Shown here one piece after another: positions 15,585-26,079 of a DNA stretch of 64,000 nt. The notes below the pieces were generated by a model. The model was not told where the DNA came from, made no database searches, and saw only the letters and a program-made list of their open reading frames with translations. Each line of letters opens with the position of its first letter. The first letter of the stretch is position 1. Origin of the DNA: an uncultured Prevotellaceae bacterium (GTDB lineage Bacteria > Bacteroidota > Bacteroidia > Bacteroidales > Muribaculaceae); contig ONKF01000034.1 of NCBI GenBank assembly GCA_900318335.1, positions 713 through 64,712 of the forward strand, written 5' to 3'. Position numbers and translations under genes: made by a program.

Positions 15585-16310
15585 ATGGAGAATCATCAGA
15601 ATGTGGAGAGTCCGTTTGCGCGCACCGAGTTGATGCTGGGTGCCGAGGCAATGGAACGACTGGCCCGGAGCCGCGTGGCGGTGTTTGGCATCGGCGGCGT
15701 GGGCGGCTATGTGGTCGAGGCGTTGGCCCGCAGTGGGGTGGGGGCGCTTGACCTGATTGATAACGATGAGGTGAGTGTGACGAACATCAATCGCCAGATT
15801 TTTGCCCTGCACAGCACCATAGGCCGCGCTAAGGTGGACGTGGCTGCTGAGCGCGTGCGTGACATCAATCCCAACTGCCAGGTGACGGTCCACAAGATGT
15901 TCTATCTGCCCGAAAACGCCGATGAAATCGACATGAGTTGCTTTGATTACGTGGTCGATAGCCTGGATACCATTACGGCCAAGATGGAGATTGCGCGCCG
16001 GTGCCTGCGACTGGGCGTGACCCATATCTGCTCGATGGGCGCTGCCTACAAGATGGATCCGATGGCCTTCCGTGTGGCGGACTTTGACTCGACCCGTATC
16101 GACCCGCTGGCGCGGATGTTGCGTAAACTGCTGCACCGCGAGGGCATCCACCACTTCAAGTGCGTGTACAGCGAAGAGGAGCCGCGCTGGAATCCTGATG
16201 TGCCCGTATATGTTGACGGAAAAAAACAGCCGGGCAGTAACGCGTTTGTTCCTGCCGCGGCTGGTTTGCTGATAGCCCGCGAGGTCATCGTGGACCTTAC
16301 CAGGCATTAG
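15585..16310 (+). CDS. tcdA: tRNA threonylcarbamoyladenosine dehydratase (ThiF family)
   Basis: VAVFGIGGVGGYVVEALARSGVGALDLIDNDEVSVTNINRQ. Confidence 0.8.
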   Translation: MENHQNVESPFARTELMLGAEAMERLARSRVAVFGIGGVGGYVVEALARSGVGALDLIDNDEVSVTNINRQIFALHSTIGRAKVDVAAERVRDINPNCQVTVHKMFYLPENADEIDMSCFDYVVDSLDTITAKMEIARRCLRLGVTHICSMGAAYKMDPMAFRVADFDSTRIDPLARMLRKLLHREGIHHFKCVYSEEEPRWNPDVPVYVDGKKQPGSNAFVPAAAGLLIAREVIVDLTRH

Positions 16311-16329
16311 CTCCTAAAATGTAGAAGCC

Positions 16330-18414
16330 TCATTTCTTCTTAGATTTCTTACCGCCAGACTTGCTGCCCGACTTGCTGGAAGAACCGGATTTACTGGATG
16401 AACCCGACTTGCTGCTTGAGGCAGACTTGCCGGATTTACTTGATTTCCCGGATTTTTCGGCCTTGCCCGACTTGCCGTTTTTCTTCTCGGCTGCGGCGGC
16501 CTGTTTGGCTTCGGCCTTGGTGGGAATCTTGATTTTTTCACCAGCCTTGATCTTATTGCCATTCTCGATACCATTGGCACGCTCGATGTCCTTGACCGAC
16601 ACGCCCGCCTTCTCGGCAATCTTGGTCAGCGACTCGCCCTTCTGGACGGTCACCTCGCTGGGTTGCTGGGGTTTGGACGATTTCTTGCCGTGATGGCGCT
16701 TGGACGCTGTGTGCTCGTCGCCACGGTCCTTCTTGCTGCTCCGGCTCTGATAGGACTTCTCCTTACTGCTCTTGCTGTTGTCTTTGTCGGCATACTTGGC
16801 ATTGCGTGAACGCCAGCTGGCCGAGTTGGTCTTGGCAGCGCGCTGGCGGGTCACCTGATCATTGCTCTTAGAGTTGTCCGGGGTGCTCTTGCGTGATGTG
16901 GTGGCCTTAGCCTTGTTCTCCTCATCGACATTGACGGTATAGGAGCCCTTGTAGGGAGCCTTGCTGGCGGCCTCACGCTCGATGTTCTTCACCTCGTCGA
17001 ACTGCGCCTGCTCGGCTTGTGACTCGTTCATAGCCATGTCTTCATTGTCAACTTGACTATTGTCGCTGCTGACGGCAATCATCTCGTCATTGTCGGCACT
17101 GGAGTTGTTGTGGCTGGGAGCCTTGACCACGAGGGTCTGTCCGCGTCTCACGCGCTCGCTGGTCATGCCGTTGAGCGACAGGAGTTCATCGGTTGTCATG
17201 TCATACTTTGCGGCTATCGATGAGGCGGTCTCTCCGCGTCCCACCTTGTGACTGATGGTGCGGATATTTCCGTCGATGGTTCGCCCGCTGATGTACTCCT
17301 CGGCTGTGGAAACCTGGCCACCGGGTTCAACGACCTCGCGGTGGGCATACAGGTCGTCGCGGTAGCTGTCGATGCTGTCCTGGCTCATGATGAAGCTATA
17401 TACCTGTTGTGAAGGCAGCACGAGGGTATAAGGATGGTTGTCACCCGGGATGACGTCGGCACGATACTGCGGATTGAAGGTGCGGATTTCCTCGATGGGG
17501 ATGTTGAGCACCTGGGCAATCTGTGCGAAGTGGATGCGGCGGTTGACACTGACGGTGTCGGTGATGAGCGGCTTGCGCGCCAGCGAGGGGCTGATATTGT
17601 GCTGCTTGTAGTAGGTCATCGCATAGTTGGCGGCGATAAATGCAGGCACATAGCCACGGGTCTCGCGAGGCAGGTACTCATAGATGTCCCAGAAGTCGCC
17701 CGTGCCACCATTGCGGTGCAGGGCCTTGTTGACGTTGCCGGGGCCGCAATTATAGGCCGCGATGGCCAGTGACCAGTCGTTGTAGATCTGGTAAAGGTTC
17801 TTGAGGTACTTGGCAGCCATGGCGCTGGAGCGGTAGGGGTCGCGGCGCTCGTCCACGAGCGAGTTGATTTCCAGTCCCAGTCCCTTGCCGGTGCCGATCA
17901 TGAATTGCCACAATCCAGCAGCACCCACGCGAGACACGGCATTGGGGTCCATCGCGCTCTCGACGATGGGCAGGTACTTGAGTTCCAGGGGCAGTCCCTC
18001 CTTCTCGAGCGCCTGCTCAAAGATGGGCATGTAATACAGGCTCATGCCCAGCATCTCCTCGATGAGGGTGCGGCTGCGGTAAACGTAGCGCTCGATGTGC
18101 TTGCGCACGACCTGGTTGTAAGGCATCTCGATGACCGACGGGATGGCGGCCAGGCGGCGGATGTAGGTCTCCTCGCTCACCTCGCCCGGTGACTTGTTCT
18201 CCACGTCGGCATCAAGCACGGTGTAGTTCTGCAAGTACCAGTTGGTCATCATCTTGTGCACATCGGTGTCAAAGCTCTCGGGAAACACGATGTCCTCGTC
18301 GGTGATGGTGTTCTTGAGCGTAAGGATGTTGTTCTTCTCACGCGGCGCCGCTACCAGCGTCATTGCTGCTAACGCCGTGGTGAGAAGTAATGTGAGAAGT
18401 CGTTGTCTTGTCAT
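16330..18414 (-). CDS. Lytic murein transglycosylase (MltD-like) with LysM repeats and a Lys/Ser-rich tail
   Basis: Signal peptide. SLT motifs ESAMDPNAVSRVGAAGLWQFM and AYNCGPGNV. Three LysM-like segments. The C-terminus is an SGKSSKSGKS... low-complexity tail. Confidence 0.85.
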   Translation of the reverse strand: MTRQRLLTLLLTTALAAMTLVAAPREKNNILTLKNTITDEDIVFPESFDTDVHKMMTNWYLQNYTVLDADVENKSPGEVSEETYIRRLAAIPSVIEMPYNQVVRKHIERYVYRSRTLIEEMLGMSLYYMPIFEQALEKEGLPLELKYLPIVESAMDPNAVSRVGAAGLWQFMIGTGKGLGLEINSLVDERRDPYRSSAMAAKYLKNLYQIYNDWSLAIAAYNCGPGNVNKALHRNGGTGDFWDIYEYLPRETRGYVPAFIAANYAMTYYKQHNISPSLARKPLITDTVSVNRRIHFAQIAQVLNIPIEEIRTFNPQYRADVIPGDNHPYTLVLPSQQVYSFIMSQDSIDSYRDDLYAHREVVEPGGQVSTAEEYISGRTIDGNIRTISHKVGRGETASSIAAKYDMTTDELLSLNGMTSERVRRGQTLVVKAPSHNNSSADNDEMIAVSSDNSQVDNEDMAMNESQAEQAQFDEVKNIEREAASKAPYKGSYTVNVDEENKAKATTSRKSTPDNSKSNDQVTRQRAAKTNSASWRSRNAKYADKDNSKSSKEKSYQSRSSKKDRGDEHTASKRHHGKKSSKPQQPSEVTVQKGESLTKIAEKAGVSVKDIERANGIENGNKIKAGEKIKIPTKAEAKQAAAAEKKNGKSGKAEKSGKSSKSGKSASSSKSGSSSKSGSSSKSGSKSGGKKSKKK

Positions 18415-18444
18415 ATTGTCATGTCGTTTTAGTTCGCGTTTAGG

Positions 18445-19254
18445 TTAGAAACTGAAGGCGCATTGCAGCCCCAATGACGGCAGACGCCCTCCAGTCACAC
18501 CGCAGTCAATCGCCGTGGGGGCGACGTCGAGGGTGAGGTCGGGTGAGATGTCAAAGTGGGCCAGCGAGGCGTCCACATAGGCATCCACGATATTAATAAG
18601 ATAGACGCCCACCATCGCGATGACACAAATCTCGCGATAGCGGCGGTAGTAGTCCCGCTTGTTCTTCATCGTCTTCTGCAACCAAGCCTTGTCCAGAGAA
18701 CTCTCCTTGACCGTTGGCGGGAAAAAGTCCATGTAGCTGCGCGTGTCGGGATCGTTGTCCATCACGTCGCGGTAGCCCCTGGAGTAGTCCTTGTACATGC
18801 GGTTATTCCACGAGGCGCCATAGGTGAGCCCGACAAAGGCTCCCACCACGATGGGCAGTTTCCAGTAGCGGCGGTTATAGATCTGTCCCAGTCCGGGGCA
18901 CAATGCCGACAGCCACAGCGCCCGCTGCGGGTCGGGATTGAAGACGCGCACCTTGCCCAGGGTGGGTGAGGCCGTGCTGTCCATGAGGATTTCCACGCCC
19001 TCGATGCCCCTGATGGAGTCGATCGAGGCAAAGGTGATCGTATCGCCCGAGGCGTTGACGACACGCACGGGCTTGCTGTCGCCCACGGCAGTGGTGTCGC
19101 TCACCTGCACGGTTTTGCGGTTGTGGTGCAGCGGTTTGATGGTCGTGACACTATCGGGCGACATGGTGATGGTGGCAGCCTCCTGGGCCACAACAGTGCC
19201 GCCATGCCCGCACAGGCACAACAGCAACGTGACAACCAGCGGGAGCCATCTCAT
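18445..19254 (-). CDS. DUF5683-like membrane protein
   Basis: Signal/TM segment plus LSALCPGLGQIYNRRYWKLPIVVGAF. It lies between parB and mltD, as in other Bacteroidales (from memory). Confidence 0.5.
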   Translation of the reverse strand: MRWLPLVVTLLLCLCGHGGTVVAQEAATITMSPDSVTTIKPLHHNRKTVQVSDTTAVGDSKPVRVVNASGDTITFASIDSIRGIEGVEILMDSTASPTLGKVRVFNPDPQRALWLSALCPGLGQIYNRRYWKLPIVVGAFVGLTYGASWNNRMYKDYSRGYRDVMDNDPDTRSYMDFFPPTVKESSLDKAWLQKTMKNKRDYYRRYREICVIAMVGVYLINIVDAYVDASLAHFDISPDLTLDVAPTAIDCGVTGGRLPSLGLQCAFSF

Positions 19255-19293
19255 GCGATATGTCGTCAAGTGTATCACTCAGGGGGGAGCCGC

Positions 19294-20175
19294 TCAGGCG
19301 TTTTTCAAATTGTCAAAGATACGAATAATTTTCTCAAGCTGCTCCTCGGTCGTGAACGGGAATGTTATTTTTCCTTTACCGGATTTGTCACAACTGAACT
19401 TCACCGGCACGCCAAAAGCTGATGACAGATGTTCCTGCAGTGGGCCGAAACCCTTGACATTCAGTGACTTTTTGCCACCTTCCTGTCTCAGTTGCTCATC
19501 GAGTGCGGCTTGCTGCATCTGCTTGGCGCGTTGCTCGACCTGGCGCACCGATAAACCTTTTTTAATAGTTTCGTTATATAATTTTAACTGTAGCTTTGGG
19601 TCATCGAGCGACAGCATGGCGCGTGCGTGACCCATATCAACGGTGTGGTCGCGAAGGCCTAACTGCACCTCGGCGGGCAGCTTGAGCAGGCGCAGGAAGT
19701 TGGCGATGGTGGCCCGTTTCTTGCCGATGCGCTCGCTGAGGCGTTCCTGAGTGAGTTCGTACTGGTCGATGAGTTTCCTGAAGGTGAGTGCGATCTCGAT
19801 GGCATCCAGGTCCTCGCGCTGGATGTTCTCGATGAGGGCCATCTCGGTCACCTCGCTGTCATTGGCGGTGCGGATGTAGGCCGGCACGCTGTCCAGTCCC
19901 GCCAGCAATGCCGCACGGTAACGGCGTTCGCCCGAGATGATCTGGTAGGAGTTGTCACCCATGCTGCGCAGTGTGAGGGGCTGGATGATGCCCAGCTCGC
20001 GGATGCTGGTGGCGAGTTCCTCGAGCGCCACTTCGTCAAAGTTCTGGCGCGGCTGGTCAGGATTGGGGGTAATCTGGCTGATAGGTATTTCGTTGATGGC
20101 CGACGAGCCCTCGGTCTGGATATCGTCCATCGAGATGAGGGAATCAAGGCCCTTGCCTAATGCGCTACGTTTCAT
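19294..20175 (-). CDS. parB: ParB/Spo0J partition protein
   Basis: GIIQPLTLR, ISGERRYRAA, ENIQREDL and the HTH segment LTQERLSERIGKKRATIANFLRL. Confidence 0.9.
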   Translation of the reverse strand: MKRSALGKGLDSLISMDDIQTEGSSAINEIPISQITPNPDQPRQNFDEVALEELATSIRELGIIQPLTLRSMGDNSYQIISGERRYRAALLAGLDSVPAYIRTANDSEVTEMALIENIQREDLDAIEIALTFRKLIDQYELTQERLSERIGKKRATIANFLRLLKLPAEVQLGLRDHTVDMGHARAMLSLDDPKLQLKLYNETIKKGLSVRQVEQRAKQMQQAALDEQLRQEGGKKSLNVKGFGPLQEHLSSAFGVPVKFSCDKSGKGKITFPFTTEEQLEKIIRIFDNLKNA

Positions 20176-20231
20176 ATAATCGTACAGGTTATAATAGGAG
20201 TTATTGATGTTGTTTTATTGATAGTCGTTGC

Positions 20232-21002
20232 TTACTTTTTCTTGCCTCGGTCGATGATTTCCTGGGCAAGCTGCATGTGGCTCGTGGTGCCGCGGCAAGT
20301 GGGGTCATACAGGATGACGGGCAGACCATGGCTCGGAGCCTCACTGATGCGGATGTTGCGGGGGATGACGGTATTGAATACCATGTCGCCGAAGTGCCCT
20401 TTCAGTTCCTCAAAAATCTCGTTGGCGAGCCTGAGTCTCGCGTCATACATCGTGAGCAGGAAGCCCTCGATGCGCAATGCCGAGTTGAGTTTGCCCTTGA
20501 TGATGCGTATCGTGTTGAGCAGCTTGCTGATACCCTCGAGCGCGAAGTACTCGGCCTGAACGGGGATGATGACACTGTCGGCTGCCGTGAGGGCATTAAC
20601 GGTGATCAGTCCCAGCGAGGGGCTGCAGTCAATGATGATGTAGTCGTAGTCGTCTTTCACGTCGCGCAGTGCGCCTTGAAGGACGCGTTCGCGCCCTTTC
20701 TTCTCGACCAGCTCTAGTTCGGCGCCCACCAGGTCGATGCGTGAGCCCAAGATTTTGAGCCCCTCGACACAGGTGTCCACGGTGGCGCTGGCAACGGGGT
20801 AATCGTCCACCAGGCATTCATAGATGGTCGATGACATCTGCTTGGGTTCAATGCCCAGGCCCGACGTCGCGTTGGCCTGCGGGTCGGCATCGATGAGCAG
20901 CACGCGCTGCCCGCTGGTGGCTAATGCCGCCGATAGGTTGATTGAGGTGGTCGTCTTGCCGACGCCCCCTTTCTGATTGGCTATTGCTATTATTTTTCCC
21001 AT
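20232..21002 (-). CDS. parA: ParA/Soj ATPase
   Basis: MGKIIAIANQKGGVGKTTTSINL deviant Walker A. The 23-aa upstream extension in the ORF track is unlikely to be translated. Confidence 0.9.
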   Translation of the reverse strand: MGKIIAIANQKGGVGKTTTSINLSAALATSGQRVLLIDADPQANATSGLGIEPKQMSSTIYECLVDDYPVASATVDTCVEGLKILGSRIDLVGAELELVEKKGRERVLQGALRDVKDDYDYIIIDCSPSLGLITVNALTAADSVIIPVQAEYFALEGISKLLNTIRIIKGKLNSALRIEGFLLTMYDARLRLANEIFEELKGHFGDMVFNTVIPRNIRISEAPSHGLPVILYDPTCRGTTSHMQLAQEIIDRGKKK

Positions 21003-21458
21003 AAGTTGGTGTCCTGTTATCAAATGATTAAATAACACTGGCAGCACCTCCACCAGTGAAGCCAGCTTCACTGGTTTTCAGTTTGCACAATGTTTCACGA
21101 TGCAAAGGAACATTTTTTTACTCAAAAAACCTCGAAAAACTCCGTTAAAATGGGTGAATTGTTCAAAACTATCGGTAATTGTTAACAAATCGTGGAACAT
21201 TCATTTTTTGCAATTCATGCCCTATCAGCTTGACGGGAAATAAGATGGCCACGTCGTCACGACGCAGCCACCAGTGTAAACCTTAAAACATCTTTTTTAA
21301 CGGGCCGTACCTATTCATTCAGCCCGCTTATGACACTAAATGATCTGTTACTTTATTATTGTGAAAGCAAAGGTACAATAATTCCAGAATATTGTCGATA
21401 AAAACCCGTGTAATTCAACATTTAACTATTATTTTTATAGATTTGGTGAAAAATGACG

Positions 21459-21466
21459 TATATTTG
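21459..21466 (+). promoter_or_regulatory. Candidate -7 box TATATTTG upstream of the first M6 protease gene
   Basis: TAnnTTTG match. Confidence 0.35.
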
Positions 21467-21583
21467 CAGGCTGCTTTGACTTGTCTTGCTGCGTTAACGG
21501 TGTTCTGATCATGGGGCTGCTTTGAACCCTCATCCCACACCTCTTCTTTTAGACAAAACATAACAAACTATAATTAACCGAAT

Positions 21584-23818
21584 ATGAGAAAATTCTTTAC
21601 ATCGCTGTTTCTGGCAGCTTTAATCGGGGCAAGTGCTTATGCCTGCCCTGCCAACCGTGGTTTGATACAGGTGCCTCAGCCCGATGGAACATTGGTGACC
21701 ATTCAGCTCAATGGTGACGAGTTCTATAGTTTTAACACAACGTCCGATGGCTATACCATTAAGCTCAATCATGCTGGAGCCTATGTTTACGCCCAGCTCA
21801 ACGAGGACGGCCAACTTGTGGAAACCCCGATTATTGCCCATGACGCCGACCAGCGCTCGGTTGTCGAGCTCTCATTGCTGGCCAACACACCGAAGCGCCT
21901 TGTTGACCAAGAGGAAGTGGAAGTGGCTAACATGCGCCGCGTTAAGCGCAATGTTGACCTGTCTAACTTTGACTTCGACAACTTCCGTGGTCTGGTGATT
22001 CTGATTGACTTTGCCGACAAGAAATTTGCCTCCGAGGATCCCCAGGCATTCTATACCGAAATGTTCAGCACCGAGAATCTGACGGGCTTCCATGACCCTG
22101 TTACAGGGCGTGACGTGACTTGCCTGGGCAGTGTGCGTGACTATTTCAGTGACCAGTCCAATGGTGCTTTCAAGCCCCCATTTGACGTGTATGGCCCTTA
22201 CACCTCAACACGCAAGGCCAGTCAGTGCGATCAGTACTCCACTTCGATTTTCACCACGGCATTGAAGAAGGCCAACGATGATGTTGACTTCAAGCGTTAT
22301 GACAACAATAATGATGGCCGTGTGGATATGATTTACTTCCTGGTGGCAGGTTATTCAGCAAGCACCAATGGCGAGCAGACTGGTTACTTGTGGCCTCATG
22401 CCTCCAACCTGGCCAGCAGCTTTATTTCCTATGACGGCAAGTGGATGGACCGCTATGCCAGCTCGACCGAGCTGTATGGCTGGGAATCAATCCCCAGCAC
22501 GGTGACTGTCGAGGGTATCGGTACCGTCTGCCACGAGTTCAGCCACGTGTTAGGTCTGCCTGACTTCTACGATACCGACTATGGCAAGTCGGGTGGCGAG
22601 AGCCACCATCCCGGTGAATGGGACGTGATGGCTGGCGGTGGCGACTTCAACAATGGCCGCACTCCTGCCGGATATACCCTGTTTGAACGCTATGCCCTCG
22701 GTTGGGCCAATCCCAAGACCATCACTCAGGCCGGTACCTACTCGATGGAGGCTGTGAACGTTTCCCGCACCGGCTTTATCCTGCGCACTCCTGTCGAGAA
22801 TGAGTTCTTCACCATCGAGAACAGGCAGAAGACCAGTTGGGACAGCTATATCCCCGGTCATGGCATGATTGTGACCCGCGTCGACAGTACCAACGTGAGC
22901 GTTTGGAGTGGCAATAAGATTAACTGCAATCCTTCTCACAACTACTTTGAGATGCTGCGTGCCGGTAATACCACCGAGGGTGACCTTAGCAGTGACCCCT
23001 TCCCCGGCAGTATGGGTAACCCCATCATTACCAATGAGACGGCTCCCAATCTCAGGACCTGGGGCAACTATGCTAACCGGTTCAACATCACGGGTGTCAG
23101 CGAGAAGAATGGCATCATCACCTTTAACGTTGTCGAGGATGGCTCGATTCAGACGCTTGTCGAGGACTTTGAGGGCATGACTGCCAACAGTAGCACGACC
23201 GATACCGGTGTCGAGGGTGAATTCACTACCTGGTCATTCAACAAGTGTGGTGTGCGTGCTCCCGGTAGTGGCAAGGCCAATGGCACCAACAGTGTGATGA
23301 TGAAGCTGCCCAGCCAGTTATATTCCACCGAGCCGATTTATTATAACATCTATATGGCATCGCTGACCGTATTCAATACGGGTTCTTATCTGTCCAAGTA
23401 CTCACTCGAGTATTCGACCGATGGCGGTGAAAACTGGATTAAGGTGAATTGTGCCAATGGCAAGGATGGTATTGAGATTCCCTCCAAGACCACATTCACT
23501 GGCTATTGGAACCTCAACCTGAACAACCACACGCCTGCTGTGTTCCGCATCAGTCAGGTGGGTGGCAACAAGAACGCATCGACCTATGTCGACGACTTCA
23601 CTCTCTATTACACGGGTGAGGAAGGCGGTCCCCTGGATTACCTGGTGGGTGACGTGAACGGTGACGGTGAGATCACTATTGCCGACATCAATGCTGTCAT
23701 CGACATTATCTTGGGTGGCAGCGCTGATGCCGGTACTCTCGAGCGTGCCGACGTGAACGATGACGGTGAGATCGGTATTGCCGATGCCAACTCGGTTCTC
23801 GACATAATGCTCAAGTAA
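21584..23818 (+). CDS. Secreted M6-family (immune inhibitor A-like) metalloprotease with a C-terminal dockerin-type repeat pair
   Basis: Signal peptide, QPDGT..GDEF..DGYT N-terminal module, HEFSHVLGLPDFYD zinc site, and a C-terminus GDVNGDGEITIADINAVIDIILGG...DVNDDGEIGIADANSVLDIML. Confidence 0.85.
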   Translation: MRKFFTSLFLAALIGASAYACPANRGLIQVPQPDGTLVTIQLNGDEFYSFNTTSDGYTIKLNHAGAYVYAQLNEDGQLVETPIIAHDADQRSVVELSLLANTPKRLVDQEEVEVANMRRVKRNVDLSNFDFDNFRGLVILIDFADKKFASEDPQAFYTEMFSTENLTGFHDPVTGRDVTCLGSVRDYFSDQSNGAFKPPFDVYGPYTSTRKASQCDQYSTSIFTTALKKANDDVDFKRYDNNNDGRVDMIYFLVAGYSASTNGEQTGYLWPHASNLASSFISYDGKWMDRYASSTELYGWESIPSTVTVEGIGTVCHEFSHVLGLPDFYDTDYGKSGGESHHPGEWDVMAGGGDFNNGRTPAGYTLFERYALGWANPKTITQAGTYSMEAVNVSRTGFILRTPVENEFFTIENRQKTSWDSYIPGHGMIVTRVDSTNVSVWSGNKINCNPSHNYFEMLRAGNTTEGDLSSDPFPGSMGNPIITNETAPNLRTWGNYANRFNITGVSEKNGIITFNVVEDGSIQTLVEDFEGMTANSSTTDTGVEGEFTTWSFNKCGVRAPGSGKANGTNSVMMKLPSQLYSTEPIYYNIYMASLTVFNTGSYLSKYSLEYSTDGGENWIKVNCANGKDGIEIPSKTTFTGYWNLNLNNHTPAVFRISQVGGNKNASTYVDDFTLYYTGEEGGPLDYLVGDVNGDGEITIADINAVIDIILGGSADAGTLERADVNDDGEIGIADANSVLDIMLK

Positions 23819-23846
23819 TAATTATTAGTGCAATATTAAAAAAGCT

Positions 23847-26057
23847 ATGAAGAAAATCTTAATGCTGCTCGCATTGGGATTGCTGTGCGTGACTGCCCGT
23901 GCAATCCCTGCGGACCCTACGCCCATGCAGGTTTCTCAGCCTGATGGCACCAAATTAACCGTTGTCCTGCATGGTGATGAGTTTGTACATTACACCACCA
24001 CCATGGACGGGTACACTGTATTGAAAAATGCGGCGGGCTATTATGCCTATGCCCGCCTTGACGGCAACAGGTTGGTGCCTGGCGAATGCATCGCCCATGA
24101 CGTGGCCCGCCGTACCGCTGCCGACCATGCTGCTCTCGCCTCAACTCCCAAGGGACTTATCAGCGAGGACCAGGTTCAAAACGGTACTCGCATGATGAGC
24201 CGCCGTGCCAGCGCGATGCACCGGGTGGGTGCCGATGGCATGATGGACTATGACAATTTCCGCGGCCTGATCATTCTTATCAACTATAATGACAAGTCGT
24301 TCTCGATGCCAAATCCGGGCTCGTTCTATGATGACATGGTCAACACCCCCAATTACACGGGCTATACTCTTAATGGCCGCAAGGTGAGGATGACGGGTAG
24401 TGTGAGGGATTATTTCTATGACAACTCCAACCAGATCTTTGATCCCGTGTTTGACGTGGTGGGCCCTGTCACTGTCGATTACTCGTGCCGTTATCCTCAT
24501 GGCACCGATTATGGCTCCGACGTCTTCTATGCTGCCCTGGAAGCTGCCGACCCCTTTGTGGATTACGGTGACTATGACAGCGATGGCGATGGATATGTTG
24601 ACATGGTGTTCTTCCTCGTGGCTGGACTCTCGGCCAATTACAGCGGTAACGATGAGAACTACCTGTGGCCCCACATGTACTACCTGTATTATGCGCCTCC
24701 CCATGATGGCAAGTGGTTTGGTCTGTATGCCTGCTCGACCGAGATTGCCGGTTGGGAGTATTATAATTCCGATATTAACGGTATCGGTACCTTCTGTCAT
24801 GAGTTTGGCCATGTGTTGGGTCTGCCCGACTTGTATGATACCGACTATAGCGGTAGCGGTGGTGAGAGCCGTAATCCTGGTGGCTGGTCTGTCATGGCCG
24901 GGGGCAGTGGCAGTAATTATGGCCGCAATCCTGTGGGCTACAGCCTGTATGAGCGCTATGCATTGGGCTTCACGACACCTCAGGTGATTGACTCTGAAGG
25001 ACCACAGACACTTCAGCCACTCGATGAGAGCAATCTGGGTCTGCGCCTGAACACGCCCAATCGCAACGAGTTTTTCCTCATCGAGAACCGCCAGCCCGGC
25101 AAGTGGGACAAGAATCTGCCTGGCAACGGCATGCTGGTGGCTCGTGTGGACTCGAGCAACGTGCATGTGTGGGAGTACAACGATGTGAACGTCAATCCCA
25201 ACCACATGTATTATGAATTGTTGCGCGCCAGATACACGGGTTATGACAGTGATAGTGACCCCTTCCCCGGAACGTACAATGTCACCAAGCTGACCAATTA
25301 CACCAATCCCAGCCTGCTCACGTGGGATAAGCAGTACAACGATTATTCTATTCTGAACATTGCGATGAACGATGGCGTGATCACCTTTGATGTCAAGGTC
25401 GATACTTCTCAGATGACCATCGTTGAGGACTTTGAGAATATGCCATTGGCAACTACGCAGTCCGACAAGGGTGTCAGGGGTGTGTTCGCTAAGTGGGATT
25501 TTGCCAAGTGTGGTGTGGACAAACCAGCCGAGGGCTCATGTGACGGTCATCAGGCTGTGGGCATGATCAAGCCCAGTCAGATCACAACATCGGCTCCCCT
25601 GAACATTATGCCCTATCTGGTGGAATTCACGGTGTATAATCCCACAAGTACCGATGCCAACTTCAAGCTCTCTTATTCGCTTGACCATGGTGAGACGTGG
25701 GTAACCGCAGGCAACACAGTTATTACGGTCGAGGCGGGAACCCATAAGAGCGCGTTGACCCAGTTGCCCACCGATGCGCCTATCATGCTGCGTATTAATC
25801 AGACCTCAGGTCATGCCAAGAACAAGTGCTACCTGGATGACATCAAGTTGCACTATACCGATACTTGGGGACCCGAGATTGTGACTGGTGATGTGAATGG
25901 AGACGGAGAGGTAAGTATCAGTGACGTGAATGCTGTCATCGATTTGATATTGGGTGGCAGGGACGATGCCGAGTTGAGGGAGCGCGCCGATGTCAACCAG
26001 GATGGGGAAATCAGTATCAGTGACGTGAACATGATTATTGACCTAATTCTTAAATAA
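23847..26057 (+). CDS. Secreted M6-family metalloprotease paralogue with a dockerin-type C-terminus
   Basis: Signal peptide (..ARA/IP), HEFGHVLGLPDLYD, and GDVNGDGEVSISDVNAVIDLILGG...DVNQDGEISISDVNMIIDLILK. Confidence 0.85.
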   Translation: MKKILMLLALGLLCVTARAIPADPTPMQVSQPDGTKLTVVLHGDEFVHYTTTMDGYTVLKNAAGYYAYARLDGNRLVPGECIAHDVARRTAADHAALASTPKGLISEDQVQNGTRMMSRRASAMHRVGADGMMDYDNFRGLIILINYNDKSFSMPNPGSFYDDMVNTPNYTGYTLNGRKVRMTGSVRDYFYDNSNQIFDPVFDVVGPVTVDYSCRYPHGTDYGSDVFYAALEAADPFVDYGDYDSDGDGYVDMVFFLVAGLSANYSGNDENYLWPHMYYLYYAPPHDGKWFGLYACSTEIAGWEYYNSDINGIGTFCHEFGHVLGLPDLYDTDYSGSGGESRNPGGWSVMAGGSGSNYGRNPVGYSLYERYALGFTTPQVIDSEGPQTLQPLDESNLGLRLNTPNRNEFFLIENRQPGKWDKNLPGNGMLVARVDSSNVHVWEYNDVNVNPNHMYYELLRARYTGYDSDSDPFPGTYNVTKLTNYTNPSLLTWDKQYNDYSILNIAMNDGVITFDVKVDTSQMTIVEDFENMPLATTQSDKGVRGVFAKWDFAKCGVDKPAEGSCDGHQAVGMIKPSQITTSAPLNIMPYLVEFTVYNPTSTDANFKLSYSLDHGETWVTAGNTVITVEAGTHKSALTQLPTDAPIMLRINQTSGHAKNKCYLDDIKLHYTDTWGPEIVTGDVNGDGEVSISDVNAVIDLILGGRDDAELRERADVNQDGEISISDVNMIIDLILK

Positions 26058-26079
26058 CCATCTTAAATCATTGTAGCTT

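Noticed and set aside
15564-16307. 247-aa ORF antisense to tcdA
   Set aside because: It is an Arg/His/Ala-rich shadow ORF typical of GC-rich DNA. It has no motifs and fully overlaps a gene with clear ThiF-family motifs.
16361-16693. 110-aa ORF with PDLL repeats
   Set aside because: It is the antisense translation of the Ser/Lys low-complexity tail of the MltD-like gene.
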